Part shown: positions 24,700 to 37,245 of the stretch, piece after piece
Numbering within the stretch: the first letter of the stretch is position 1
Layout of the letters: every line of letters begins with the position of its first letter
Origin: Felis catus
Lineage: Eukaryota
Direction: 5' to 3'
Length of the DNA: 64,000 nucleotides
Assembly: GCF_018350175.1 (NCBI RefSeq)
Contig: NC_058373.1
Coordinates: 105,092,001-105,156,000, forward strand
Translations under genes and position numbers: made by a program
The notes under the pieces: generated by a model
The model's input: only the letters and a program-made list of their open reading frames with translations
Told to the model about the DNA's origin: nothing
Databases searched by the model: none

Positions 24700-25186
24700 T
24701 ATTTTTTATTATTATTATTTTTTAACGTTTATTTTTTGAGAGAGAGCATGCACACGCAAGTATGGGAGAGGCAGAGAGAGAGGCAGAGAGAGAATCCTAA
24801 GCAGGCTCCACACTGTCAGTGCAGAGTCTGACTCGGGGCTCGAACCCACGGACCATTAGATCATGACCTGAGCCAAATCCAAGAGTCCAACACTCAACTG
24901 ACTGAGCCACCCAGGCGCCCTAATGATAATTTTAATTGGTTGAACCTTCTGAAAGTATATTATAAGCATCAGACCTACCTTTAAATACTTTAAGAATAAG
25001 GAAATTCTCTTATATAGCCAAAGTATGATTATCAAATTCAGATAATTCAACAGTAATAAAATGCTATTATCTAATAATGTGTAGTCCATATTTTAAATTT
25101 TGCCACTTGTCCCAATAATAGCCTTTATAGGCATCCACTGAATCCAGGGTCCAACCCAAGATCATGCATTACATTTTGTTTATATG

Positions 25187-25217
<31 letters not shown>

Positions 25218-25380
25218 GGACAGAGAGGGTGCAAGAGAGTGAGGGGCAGAGAAAGAGAGAATACCACGAGTGGCAGAGGGAGAGAGAAGCAAGGGCTTAC
25301 CCCAAGTAGGGCTCAGCTTACTTGATGCGGGACTTGAACTCAGGAACCATGAGATCTGACCTGAGCCGGAGTCAGATACA
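24700..25380 (-). mobile_element. Two SINEs (~24700-24920 and a degenerate one at ~25190-25380) within L1-like relic sequence
   Basis: SINE motifs are clear; the L1 identity of the flanks is tentative. Confidence 0.75.
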
Positions 25381-25854
25381 ACAGTTTTGTAGACTGTTCC
25401 TCACCATGGGTTTGTTTGCTTGTTTAATTGTGTAGATAAGCTAATTTAAATAAACCTTCACATGTTTTTGGATGAGATCCTTTCATAACCTGTTAGGAAA
25501 TAGAGTTACATCTGGCATATATAAAAGGTAGAAGGATAATCTTTTTAAAAAAATGTATTTGGCACAGTAAGTACTTCATGGTGACATAATTAGGCTTTTC
25601 TGTCCCAGCTGGTGGTTGGCATAAGAGCTAAGTCCAAATCCTCATTCATCTAGTGGCATGGACTCAGAGTCACCATGGACAGCTCAGGACTACTTTGGGA
25701 CTAGGGAAGTATCCATCTCTTCAATTTCTGTAAGAGGCTACTTTTACTCTGGAGTAATCCAGATTAGAAATTGAATTGTACATGTTAAATTCACACCACT
25801 CTGTCTCAACAGTGGTTTATGTTAAGATCATGATAGCGTTATTCTGACTTTTAG

Positions 25855-25987
25855 TAATGAAGATGAAAAGGAAGAAGAAAGTAGTGAAGAGGAAGATGAC
25901 GATAAGCGACGTCTCAATGACGAATTGTTAGGAAAAGTTGTAAGTGTGATATCAACATCTGAGAAGACTGATGGGTATCCTGCTTTG
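25855..25987 (+). CDS. ARID4A: ARID4A exon 8 ([10 protein letters not shown]...[18 protein letters not shown]), start of RBB1NT/PWWP-like domain
   Basis: ttttag| and |gtaagt, 133 nt. Confidence 0.96.
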
Positions 25988-28224
25988 GTAAGTAAGATTT
26001 CTTTGCAGAATTAATCAACCATTTAAAATTTTGTTTAACATGGATCTTTAGAAAGCATTTAAAATATTTTGAAAGTGTTACCCAAATTTAATTTGGACTT
26101 TATTGCAACATTGAGTAATCCTACTTAGGTCTCACATACTTCACTGTTTTCCTTTGTTATTTCCTTTAATTTTCTATAATCAGTCATTTATTGGGATCTT
26201 TCAGTTCTTCCTTGAAAATGTGTGCAGTGGTCTCTTTTTATCCTATTCCTGTTACCATTTTACACTTGATTTATAGTAATTTCCTCCAAGTGATTCTTGG
26301 GTTTTTTGCTAAATTTAGACAAATTTTCCAGAAGCAACTTCTATAGAGTAGTTTTTAAACACTGATTTAATCATGGTAGTCCCATTCTCAAAAACCCCAA
26401 AAAACTTTCACAGACTGCCTAATGGATCAATTCTGGATTCTTTAGATGGATTTCTGAGGCTATCCTAGCTCTTAGTTTCCCATTTTCAGTGTAAGCTTCA
26501 TACTCAGGTTCTCTCTTAACTGCTCCCTGTGTAAAACACTTCTCTTCCAAACCTTTACCCTTTTGCCTTAAATCAATTAGTATTTACTGAGGATGTGCAG
26601 GGAGTTCCACCTCTAAGTTGCTTAGAAGAGAGAAAACTATGAACCTTGTAACACATTGCTCTCGAGGACCTTGTTGTATACATCTAAGAGATTACATAGC
26701 AATTAAAGTTTATATAGTCATTTTTAAAACTTGGTGCAGACACTGGAGTAGGAAAGGGAGTATTGGGGAAAGGAAGGGTGGGTACACCTAGGTTTTGCAA
26801 ATAGTAAGTCTTGGATGGGTTGGTAGGGAAATCTAATCTTTGCTTACTCAGGGGAAGGAATGAGAAGAAGGGATGGGCAAGAGAATTATTTCATGAGAGG
26901 AATCAATAATACTTGGTAATACCTGTCTCCATTTTCTCCTTTTTATACTCCTCTCCTTTTAAGTGTCTTAACGTTCAGCTCAAGGCCTACGTTTTCTTCA
27001 GTCTCCCTTAACTACTCTAACATAACTATTCCCCTTTTCTGAGTTTTGATATGACATATATCTCTAACAACAGTGCTGGCACAAAATGTGTCCCGAATTA
27101 GATTAGAATCCTTTAGTGAACCGAGGCCAATTTTTAATGTTTCTGTGTGCATGTAAGTACATTACTCAGTTGCTATATATAGTAAGTTTACCTAGAAAAA
27201 GTCTGAAAATCCTTTGAGTCTTTCAGTTGTACAGGCAAACAAGTAAATGGGTTTGGATTCAGAATATTCAGGTCATAATTTGCCAAGAGATTTTTTTTAA
27301 GAGATTTTTTTAATCCCTTCATTTACTCAACAGACTTATTTGCCAGGGAATGTAGAAAATAAAAGATGAGTAAGACACTAATCTCACATTTTATTAATAT
27401 TGTAATTTTAATGCAGAGAATAATTCAAGTAACTTTATATACAATAGTATATGTTCAACATTAGGACTTCTTGTCCTGAAAATTTACATTTATTGAAGGA
27501 AATCCAGAAAGTCTTCATGAAGCTTGTGCTTTTGAACTGAGCCTTGACAGATTTAAAGTTAGTTAAGCAGAGCTTCTCTAGAGGACTTAGAGGAAAACAG
27601 TAAAAGCAGAAAAGCAAAGGGTTTGCTCATGGAACTATTTGCTCTGGAAATCCATTTTGGCTAAATGTTAAACAACAATAGGGGAATAATAGGAAATAAG
27701 ACAGGGAAGATAATTTGGATCTAGGGCAGAAGAGTCTTTAAAAGTTCACCCCAGGAATGTGGCCATAATTCTGCATAGAATTTTGCAGAAGAGTAACATT
27801 ATTGAGCTGCATGTTTAGGAATGTTAATGAGGCAGTAGTGTGTTGAACGGATTGTTGGAAACACTGGAGATGACAGGAATCAATTTGGAGGCCATTATAG
27901 TGGTTCACAGGTGAGGTAATTAAGCCCTGGGCTGTGCCTACTCATCCTTTAAGACTTAATCTTAAGCCTTTGCTGCCATACCTCTTCCTTCCCCAGATTG
28001 GGTTAAGTCTTCCTCCTAGGTGTTTTCATCTCTGTACTTACCCTCCATGGTATTGTTTTGTGTTTACCTCTCCATTGTGCCATTAGCTCCTTAAGGGCAG
28101 ACACAACTCTACTATTTGTCTAATAATTACCAGCGTCTAACAAACACACATTTACTGCCATCTGATGTTAAGGCAGCTGATACAACAGCCAAGAATTTTT
28201 AATTATCTGGATATAGACTGTTTA

Positions 28225-28395
28225 ATATGATAGCCATGAGTCCTACGTGACTGTTTACATTTACATGTAATTTAATTAAAATTAAATAGAATTAAAAATT
28301 CAGTCTCTCAGTTGCACTACCACATTTTAAGTGCTTAGCAGTGCAGATAACAGAACATTTCCATCATTGCATAAAGTTCTGTGGGTGGTGCTAGA
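28225..28395. mobile_element. MER3-like DNA transposon relic
   Basis: AATTAAAAATTCAGT..CTCAGTTGCACTA and AGAACATTTCCATCATTGCA..AAAGTTCT segments. Confidence 0.65.
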
Positions 28396-29073
28396 TTGTA
28401 GCAGAGGGGGGCTAGTGTTAGGGGTGATAATGAGCAGGTATTTCAGCAATTCATTGGTAGACTTTATTTTTAAAAAATATTAAGTGCCATAAAGAATGTA
28501 TAGAGATTAGCTATTTACTAATGTTCAGACATTTGTTACTTTTAAAAGTTAAGAAATTAAAAAGTTCTTAGATTTTCTTTGATTTGCTTTCATTACTAAA
28601 AATTGTAATGCCCTGGTAAGAAAGGGAACTTAGATAGATATTTATTTTAAACAAATAGCAGATTTCAAAATAGATCTTGATTCAAGGATATTTTTAAAAA
28701 TTATACTATGCCACATTTTCATCACAGATCATATGTTTGACTTTTTGGACAAGAAATGATTACGTAGCTTAGAAGAAATCAAATTTTTTAAAGTGGTGGT
28801 CATATTTATATTGTATTAACTATTTATTGTATAATCTAGTAACTGAATAAATTAAATATCCAGAAAACCAATATGCTAAAGAAAAATCACAAGGCAACCT
28901 TCTTTTTTAAGTAATTCATTTATAATGGAAATTATTAATAATTAAACTCTGTCTTAACAAAATATAATTCATTTGAGAAGTGAGGGGGATCCAGAACTAC
29001 TCTTTTTAAAAATGTATATTTTTTTGAGCAAGGGAAATTAGGCACCAATCCTGTTCTTTATTTTATATTTCAG

Positions 29074-29153
29074 GTAATATCTCCCAGCTGTAATGATGAC
29101 ATCACAGTGAAAAAAGACCAGTGTTTAGTTCGATCATTTATCGATTCTAAATT
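29074..29153 (+). CDS. ARID4A: ARID4A exon 9 ([27 protein letters not shown])
   Basis: tttcag| and |gtgagt, 80 nt. Confidence 0.97.
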
Positions 29154-29683
29154 GTGAGTCACTTAATAGTATTATGGTAGGAGAAAAAAAAATGAGATCA
29201 CAGTGATAGATCCTTCCATAGTCCACACTTTATTTTGAAAAGTCTGATCGTTTCATGAACTGTCATTACATATTATGCTTTGACTTTTTTAACGTAGTTT
29301 ATTTTTTCCTAATTTTAATTTAAAATAACTAATTTTAATTTAGTTATGTAAAAACTAAACAATGTGTAATAATATTTAAAAAGTTTTTTTATACAGCATG
29401 GTATTGGTTTTCTCTTTAATTGTAAAAGCTTGGTACTTTTATTATGTGCACTATTTCATATTATGAACTATTAAACTTTTCATGGAATATTACTAAAATA
29501 ATTATTTTGACTTTTTTCCTGATTAAGTCAGATTTTTAGAAACTTTCTTTAACCTCAGCTTTGTTTTGTTTCCCACAAAGGATGTAAAAAAAAAAAAGTG
29601 CGTGTGTTTGTATGTATATTTAGAGAGAAGTACTGTGGAAAATTTAATATATCTTACAATGATAAAAATATTTTAATATTCTT

Positions 29684-29725
<42 letters not shown>

Positions 29726-29750
29726 AACTAACTAACTAACTAACTAAACT
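29684..29750. repeat. Compound microsatellite (TTTA)n-(ACTA)n
   Basis: Read directly. Confidence 0.9.
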
Positions 29751-29780
29751 AAATAGTAAATTTAAGAAATAGCAAAGATC

Positions 29781-30045
29781 AGGGGTGCCTGAATGGCTCA
29801 GTTCATTAAGCATCTGACTTCGGCTCAGGTCATGATCTCACGTTTCGTGAGTTAGAACCCTGCATCGAGCTCTCTGCTATCAGTGCAGAGCTTGCTTCAG
29901 ATCCTCTGTCTCCTCTCTGCCCCTTCCCTGCTCTTGCTCATGCTCTCTCTCAAAAATAAAATAAACTTAAAAAGAGAAATAGTAAAGATCAAAATAGACA
30001 TTGTATCTTCAATAAGGCAAATATGCTGATACAAAGTATCCCATA

Positions 30046-30100
<55 letters not shown>

Positions 30101-30870
30101 GGTTGCGTAGATTGAAATATTACAAATGTGAAGCTTTCAAATTAGTGTATTTTGAGTATGTCAATCTTTAGAATTAAGGTACTAATTTTGGGGTTGTCTG
30201 GGTGGCTCAGTCAGTTAAGTGTCCAACCCTTGGTTTGAGTTCAGGTCATGATCCTATGGTTGGGGAGTTCAAGCCTCACTCTGTGCTGACAGCAAGGAGC
30301 CTGCTTGGGATTTCTCTCTCGCTGTTTCTTTCTCTAAATAAATAAATAAACATTAAAAAAAAGGATACTAGCTTTGCCTGTATTATGTCTTGCCTTTTAT
30401 TAAGGATTAGGATATGTGTGGTGCATGGTTTTTTTTTTTTTTTAACTTTTATTTTTTTTATTATAAATTTTTTTTTTTTAACATTTATTTACTATTGAGA
30501 GACAGACACAGAGCATGAGCAGGGAAGGGGCAGAGAGAGGGTGAGACAGAATCCGAAGCAGGCTCCAGGCTCCAAGCTGTCAGCACAGAGCCTGACACGG
30601 GGCTTGAACTCACAAACTGTGAGATCATGACCTGAGCTGAAGTCAGACGCTTAACTGACTGAGCCACCCAGGCACTCCTTAACCTTTATTTTTGAGAGAG
30701 AGTGCGAGCAGAGGAGGGGCAGAGAGAGGAGGAAGATGCAGAATCTGAAGCAGGCTCCAGGCTCTGAGCTGTCAGCACAGATCCCGGTCTGGGGCTCAAA
30801 CTCATGGACTGAGACATCATGACCTGAGCCAAAGTTGGACACTTAACTGACTGAGCCCCCTGGGCGCCCC
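29781..30870. mobile_element. SINE cluster: ~29781-29972 (+), 30190-30362 (+), 30467-30677 (-), 30685-30870 (-)
   Basis: Consensus matches. Confidence 0.9.
30048..30098. repeat. (GT)n microsatellite, about 25 units
   Basis: Read directly. Confidence 0.95.
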
Positions 30871-31013
30871 AGGATATGCATGTTCTTTTAAAAATATTTT
30901 ATAGGCAAAATAATTTTGATTTTGAGGCTTATATTCTTCTATGTGTTAACATTATTTGCCATAATTTTTATTTAATAATGGTTTCTCTCCCCTTTATTTT
31001 TCCATATAATTAG

Positions 31014-31090
31014 TTATTCTATAGCAAGAAAGGATATCAAGGAAATAGATATTCTCAATCTACCTGAATCTGAGCTCTCTGCTAAACCAG
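31014..31090 (+). CDS. ARID4A: ARID4A exon 10 ([25 protein letters not shown])
   Basis: aattag| and |gtaaaa, 77 nt. Confidence 0.96.
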
Positions 31091-31491
31091 GTAAAATAAG
31101 AATGAATCAATCCATTATTTCATGATGTGGCTCTAAATGGCAAATAGTGGCTAAACCAAGGCTGAATATTCTCTGGTGCCATTTTAATTGTTTAGAGTTA
31201 GTATCTACTCTTATTTGATGGCTATTTTTTAAATATCTGGATAAAATATTTTATTTGTAGTTTTTAGTTTAACTTTTAATATTAAGTTTAACTTTTCATG
31301 TTTTACCATTAATATTTTTAACAGTATTCCCTAGAGTAATAATAAACATTAATAAAACATTATGACTTAGGTATGTTCAAGTTAATGATATCATTTTATA
31401 AGTGACAGCTGAATTTGAATCTAGATATTCTGACTCTGAATGTTTTCTATTATTCTGTGTTGCTAAGTCCATAATAACTGTTTACATTTAG

Positions 31492-31658
31492 GGTTTCAGA
31501 AAGCAAGCATCTTCTTAAAAACCAGAATTGTTCCTGATAATTGGAAAATGGATATAAGTGAAATCCTTGAATCATCCAGTAGTGATGATGAAGATGGTCC
31601 AGCTGAAGAACATGATGAAGAGAAGGAAAAGGAAACCAAAAAAGAAGAAGAAGAGGTG
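31492..31658 (+). CDS. ARID4A: ARID4A exon 11 ([35 protein letters not shown]...EEEEV)
   Basis: atttag| and |gtaggt, 167 nt. Confidence 0.96.
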
Positions 31659-31722
31659 GTAGGTGAAATTTTATGTTTGTAATGTAAAAACATTTTAATA
31701 CTCTAAAGAAAAATTACTGGGT

Positions 31723-31758
31723 GGCGCTGTGGCTTAGTTGGTTAAAGTGTTTAGTAAA
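31723..31758 (+). pseudogene. Truncated tRNA-Thr(AGT) 5'-half retro-insertion
   Basis: GGCGCTGTGGCTTAGTTGGTTAAAG-TGTTTAGTAAA versus recalled tRNA-Thr(AGT) GGCGCCGTGGCTTAGTTGGTTAAAGCGCCTGTCTAGTAAA; flanked by AAAATTACT direct repeats. Confidence 0.72.
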
Positions 31759-32039
31759 GTAGTAGTAAAATTACTACCTTTGTATATTTTCCCTCATTTA
31801 GATGCTCTTTATTTATTTCTGTCTTTTTCTAGCCCAAATTGATTTGGGGATGGGGAGTTTTTGGATTCTAACATAGTGGGTAAATGAGAAATAATTTTTT
31901 TTTGCAGATATGAGGTTACAAAGAACTTTTCAGGTTAAATAATCAACAAGTACAAACTTTTTAAATAACCATAGAGAAAGAAATGTAACATTACATGTGT
32001 CAACTCATTTAAAATGTTACCATGTGGTATAACTGGTAT

Positions 32040-32150
32040 TATCTTACTTTAAAGGTGAGGAAAGTGAAGGTCATGAAGGTTAAGTAACTTTCCCAAGGTT
32101 GCACAGCTCAAATGTGGAGCACAGGAATTTGAACTCAGATCTGGTCTGTC
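32040..32150. mobile_element. MIR relic
   Basis: GAGGAAAGTGAAGG..AGGTTAAGTAACTTTCCCAAGGTTGCACAGCT..GGAATTTGAACTCAGATCT core. Confidence 0.75.
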
Positions 32151-32329
32151 TTAACTTGGCAACTTCACCTCTTTGAGACATTTCATAGTATCTGAAGGAT
32201 ATGTGATTAAAAAAATCTTATCCAACCTGAGAGAATATTTCATTTGGCAATTTGATAGATAAATCAGAGAAAAGAGATTGTTTTTGTAAGTGTTAATTTT
32301 TATGTGTGATATTACCGTGTCATTTAGGA

Positions 32330-32393
32330 TATATGTGTGTGTGTGTGTGTGTATGTGTATATGTATATATACACACACACATATATAAATATA

Positions 32394-32430
<37 letters not shown>

Positions 32431-32431
32431 G
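32330..32431. repeat. Compound (GT)/(AT)/(CA) microsatellite
   Basis: Read directly. Confidence 0.9.
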
Positions 32432-32761
32432 TAATTTTAGGAAATCATTTATGGACTACCACATAATTGCTTATATGAATGTTGTTATCTGTTTATACAG
32501 CAGTGGGATAAACTAACTGTCCAGTATATTTTTGGTTGTTATGAGGTAAAGAGACCTAGGGGCAGACAAAGAGAATGAGTTTACCAAAAAGAAGACCTAT
32601 TTGAGCCTGAAAAATATTTGCTTGGAAAATGTGGAATGCTTGTTTCTGTTTTACATATACAGATGTGAATTTGTTAAATAAAATGAGTATACTTATATGT
32701 GATGAAGGGCATGCGATATTTCTTTCCTTTTACTTCCCCTGCAGTATTTGGTTTTTTGCAG

Positions 32762-32969
32762 TCTGAAATCAGAATGGCGGTTCATACTTACAGGCTGCCT
32801 ACAGAGTTGCCATAGTAACGTGCTGTTGGTTTTAAGTGAGCATGCTCGGAAAGACAGGAAGGTTTAGCAGAGGCTTGGCAGGTTGCCAATGGAGGTTTGC
32901 CAGATGCTTTGAAATGGGCTGTCTTTCTTTTCCTTTCATGTAATGTCTGATTTTTATGTGGAAGAGAAT
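32762..32969 (+). other. Candidate alternative first exon or poison exon in ARID4A intron 11
   Basis: X-box GTTGCCATAGTAAC 32806-32819; ATG 32943 reading MSDFYVEEN to donor AAT|GTAAGT; acceptor ttttttgcag at 32761. Confidence 0.55.
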
Positions 32970-35900
32970 GTAAGTAGTGCTGTATAACCCTGCGGATGCT
33001 ATGCCCTAAGAGGGAAAGCAAATATTTGCAAGTCAGACTGAAAAATGTTCAGACACTGTACTGATTAAGTAGAAGGGGAATCTAACCATTTTGCATTTGA
33101 AAGAAAATGCAGCATATAGGTAAGATTTTTTTTCTAAAATATATTTAGTTACCATATGGATTGCCAAAAACGGGGTTAAATAAGAATTTTAGGTGTTGAT
33201 GATGTGGCTAATAATGGTAGGACTCATAACCAAGCGTAATTGTTTCTTGTAAAAGAGACAGTAGGAGTCTATTTTTAGAATATCAGAGGATGAAGGCTAT
33301 TTTTCTGAAACATTAGATTTTGAAATGAAAATGATAATGAGACAGTTTAGCAAAATTCAGGATTTAAAGTCTAAATATTAAATGTGAGTTTTGTATTTTA
33401 TCTGTATTTATTTATAGATTATGTGTTTTCAGGGTAAATAGGCCACATTTTCAGGGTGTGAACTGTTGCAGTCTGGTTTTGCTTTTTAAAAAAAATTAGC
33501 ATTAGTTAGGATCTGGATATTGCCAAATATTGAAAGAAGATTGGCCTATTTTTGCTAATACTTTTAATTGGTGTCCCTTTTAGAATGCATTTTCTTTACT
33601 CCCCACCCCCCAAAAGAAAACCCTGAAATTTTAAACAAAGAGAGTAAAAAGAGCTCTGTAGTAAGGTTGGAAAAGATGGCTATAAAACAGTAATTAGTAA
33701 ATAGTGCTCTTATTACAGCTATTAATTTCATAAAAATCATAACGTTTTATTCAAGCTCTGCATAAATGTTAGTAAAAAAAGAATGAAGAGCAGAGGCAAG
33801 CTCTGTTACCTATTGTTTGCAGGTAATAAGTAAAGAAATTTAAAGATGTAAGGACGTTTGTAAGGGATAGTATTTTCTTAAAATGTGTTATTTAAATTAT
33901 GAACCTGTTAAAATTAAGTGAAGAAGAATGCTTTTTATCTACTGAAAAATAAAAGCAAAATTACAGTATTAAGGCACTGAGTTGTCTGACCGTTAATTTA
34001 AATTATTTTCCAGATGGTCAGTTTCATAGCATATACTTTATTGAATTGCTTGACAGGAACTAATTCCTCCTTTTTTTTTTTTTTTTCTGGCCATGGAGGT
34101 ACATTTCTTGAGTGAGATTTTGGTTGCTTTAGAAAAAAAATCAGCTGCATTTCTTGCTCTTGGACTTAACATTTAGTTGCTGAATCATTCTAATTTGTCT
34201 TGAACAGTAATTTTAAAAAATTTAATGTACTGATAAACTGAGAAGCAGTTTAATCTACATAAAACAAAGGGGGAAAAAGTGGGTATGGTATAAAATGAAT
34301 TAAAGTCTGATAAGCCAGGGCCTACCTGGCTTAGTCATTACAGGCCTTTACTACATAGGTGAGGCTAGGCTGTTGTATTATACTATAGATCATATTCTTC
34401 CTGAAACATAATAATGGTATGCTTGTCATGAAAATTTAATGTTGCTTTATAATGATCACAAAGATCTTTTATAACAGACTGTAAATCACTGTAACAGTAC
34501 TTTAGCCTACAATTTGATGTTTGTAAATTTTATGCAGTAGAATCATACAAGTGTTAGATACTTCTGCAGTGTTAATGGGCAGTGGACATTGTCTTTTATA
34601 TTTGATGCTTTGAGTACCCTAAAATAGTCTAAATAAGGAGATTTGAGATTCATGGCTTTACCATGTGGAAGAGCATCTTTTTTATTTAATATTATTTTGA
34701 ATTCCTGAGCATTGGTGATTCAGGATTGGAGTGCAAGAAATATGTTTTGTACTGTTATTGGGTGGAAAAGACTTGCGAGTCTAACAGGAAGTAGGTCCTA
34801 TCTATATTTGATGACTGAATTTTAACCTGTTGGTAATTACATTCAAAAAAAGCCCTGGAGAATATTTTTGTGGGTATTACTTAAATGTCTTTTATTAGGA
34901 AAGTTTTATATTAGAAAAGATACTCCTGATTTCCTTTTAAGCTTTGAAATTCATTGAAAAGTCCATGTAAACATAAGTAATGATGTCAATTATTCATTTA
35001 CTCCTTCCTTAAATTCACTTTGGATGAATGGAGGAGAGTTGTCTAAGGATAAAATAAATAGGTGAAGACATTTTTATTAAAAGGGAATTTGACTAGTTGC
35101 AGCTGTTTTATTCTTTTGGTTTGCTATAAGTAGCCTTATGTGTTGGGCCCTTTCAAAAATCTCTTCTAATTTCATATTTAGTAATGAAAATAAGAGTTTA
35201 GTGCATTTTTATGAGATACTTTTTTTTTGTTTGTTTAGAAGTACTGACATCCATTTCTCCGATTTTTGAATTTTCTAGGAATTACTGTCAGATCTAATGC
35301 CAGTCATACCTAATTACATTCCACTATTGCAAAAATCATAAGTGCTTGTGGTTTTTTTATTCATGGAAACTGGAATTTTTTTCTTATATGTAAATCTAGT
35401 GGTGTTTTTATTTATGTCTTTTTGTAAAGGCATTTGTTAGTGATCTTTCAAGATCATTTTGAGTAAATGCTTGGTAACTCAGGAAAATTATGCTAAGTCA
35501 ATAAAATTTAAAGAAAAATTTCAAGGTAATGTTAGTGTTTTAGGTATATCTAATAACTCAATCAAGTGTTTCTAAGCAGGTCCTATAAAGTCAACTTCCA
35601 ATCAATAATTGAGACTTTAGCTTGCATTCAGATTTAATAACTTATTTGCAAAAGTCTTAAAATATAGCTTATTGAGCAAGCAAACAAAAATGTCCTGATG
35701 TGTTTGGTAAAATCTTTCCTCACAAAATTAGCATAAGACTAACCAAATCTGGTTCACCTAATCAGATTAATGAGGATTTCACATTTGTAGACACAATTAT
35801 AGCTAAATTTGTATGTATTTACAAAAAAAAAATCCCTTCTCATATCAAAGTATTTCATAGTTGTGGTAGCATGAGAGAGGGTTGAGTGAATTTAAAGCCT

Positions 35901-36329
35901 TAGATGTGACAGTATCCAAACCATTGTTGGATGATTAAAAGTAGAAAGTGTGTACCTTTTCAAGGAGGGGGGAAAATTACTACTAGTCTCAGTCAAGTCT
36001 GATGTAATTCAAGAATCTTCTAATAATTTGTTTTAGGCAGGCTGCTGTCACATTGCTTTCTGAACTTCTAAAACAATATGTTACCACATAATGAATATGT
36101 CATGACCTCTTATGCGATCCTTGAAATATTCTGTTTAAGTGTACACTCTAAATTTTATGACTACCAGCATCTGCTGGGCCTTCAACACAATTGGTCAGTT
36201 TCCAGTTTCTATAATCAAATCCCTGTGTCCTCTGGCCCTGGCTCACTCCACTCCAACTTCAAAAAGAAACTAGGAGCTTCTGATGGAGAGCATGCACTAT
36301 ACCTCACCTGCCTGCCCTCCTTCCCTTAA

Positions 36330-37240
36330 GTACAAGTGATAATATGTTACATTGCCTTTTTCTATGATGAGGACCTCAATTAATGCTCTGGATCTCATTC
36401 CCTTTTTCCTTATCTTAGTCTATGACCTGTCTCTTTTCTTTCCAGGATCTCTAGCCTATTCTGTTCTGTTTCCTTCTCTCCAGTTTTTAAAAACATGCTT
36501 CTCTCTCTCCCAACCTTCTAGCAGCCCCTCCAGATACTGCCCTCTTTCCTCACCCTTATGGACCAGATTGCTCAGTTATATACATTGTTCTATTTCCTGA
36601 CCTCCTGTTCATTCTTAAATTCACTGTAGTGTGTACCCCCCCACCCCAGCTAAAACAACTTAAGGTCGCCAGTGACCTTCAACAAATTTTCTGTACTAAA
36701 TCCAACAAATTTTTGTCATGATCTCACTTGACTCCTTAGCAGTTTTCAGCATTTTTGACATGCCTACCTTCTTCAATCACCTGACATCCATGACATTACA
36801 TTTTCTTCTAGTTTACTTCCTAAGTGATGTAATGATTCCAAATCTATATGTGCATCAAAGATGTCTCTTCTTAGCCCTAGACATTCATGTTAAACTGCCA
36901 ATGAGGATTTCTTATTTCTCAACTCATTATGTACAAGAACTGTTTTCATTTTTGCCCACAAAGCAGTCCTTTCCGTGGTTGTCTCTAGTTTATTTGAATA
37001 GAAGCACATCTACCAGTTACCCACATCAGATACATGGCAGTCACCTTAATCCTCCCATTCTTGCCTCTCTAACCAATGAGACACCAAATCCTTTCTTCTG
37101 CCTACTTGATGGCTTTCAGGTTTTCTGCTTCCCTCAGTTTCTACTCTCTGCCACTATTCTCCTTTACCTGCACTAATGCAATAGTAACTTTCCCATGTCC
37201 TTGCTGGCCTTCTCCAGTCTGTTCTCTGCACTGACTCTAA
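36330..37240. mobile_element. L2-like LINE relic
   Basis: Pyrimidine-rich L2-type segments such as TAAGGTCGCCAGTGACCT and CTTAGCAGTTTTCAGCA; identification tentative. Confidence 0.6.
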
Positions 37241-37245
37241 GTAGA

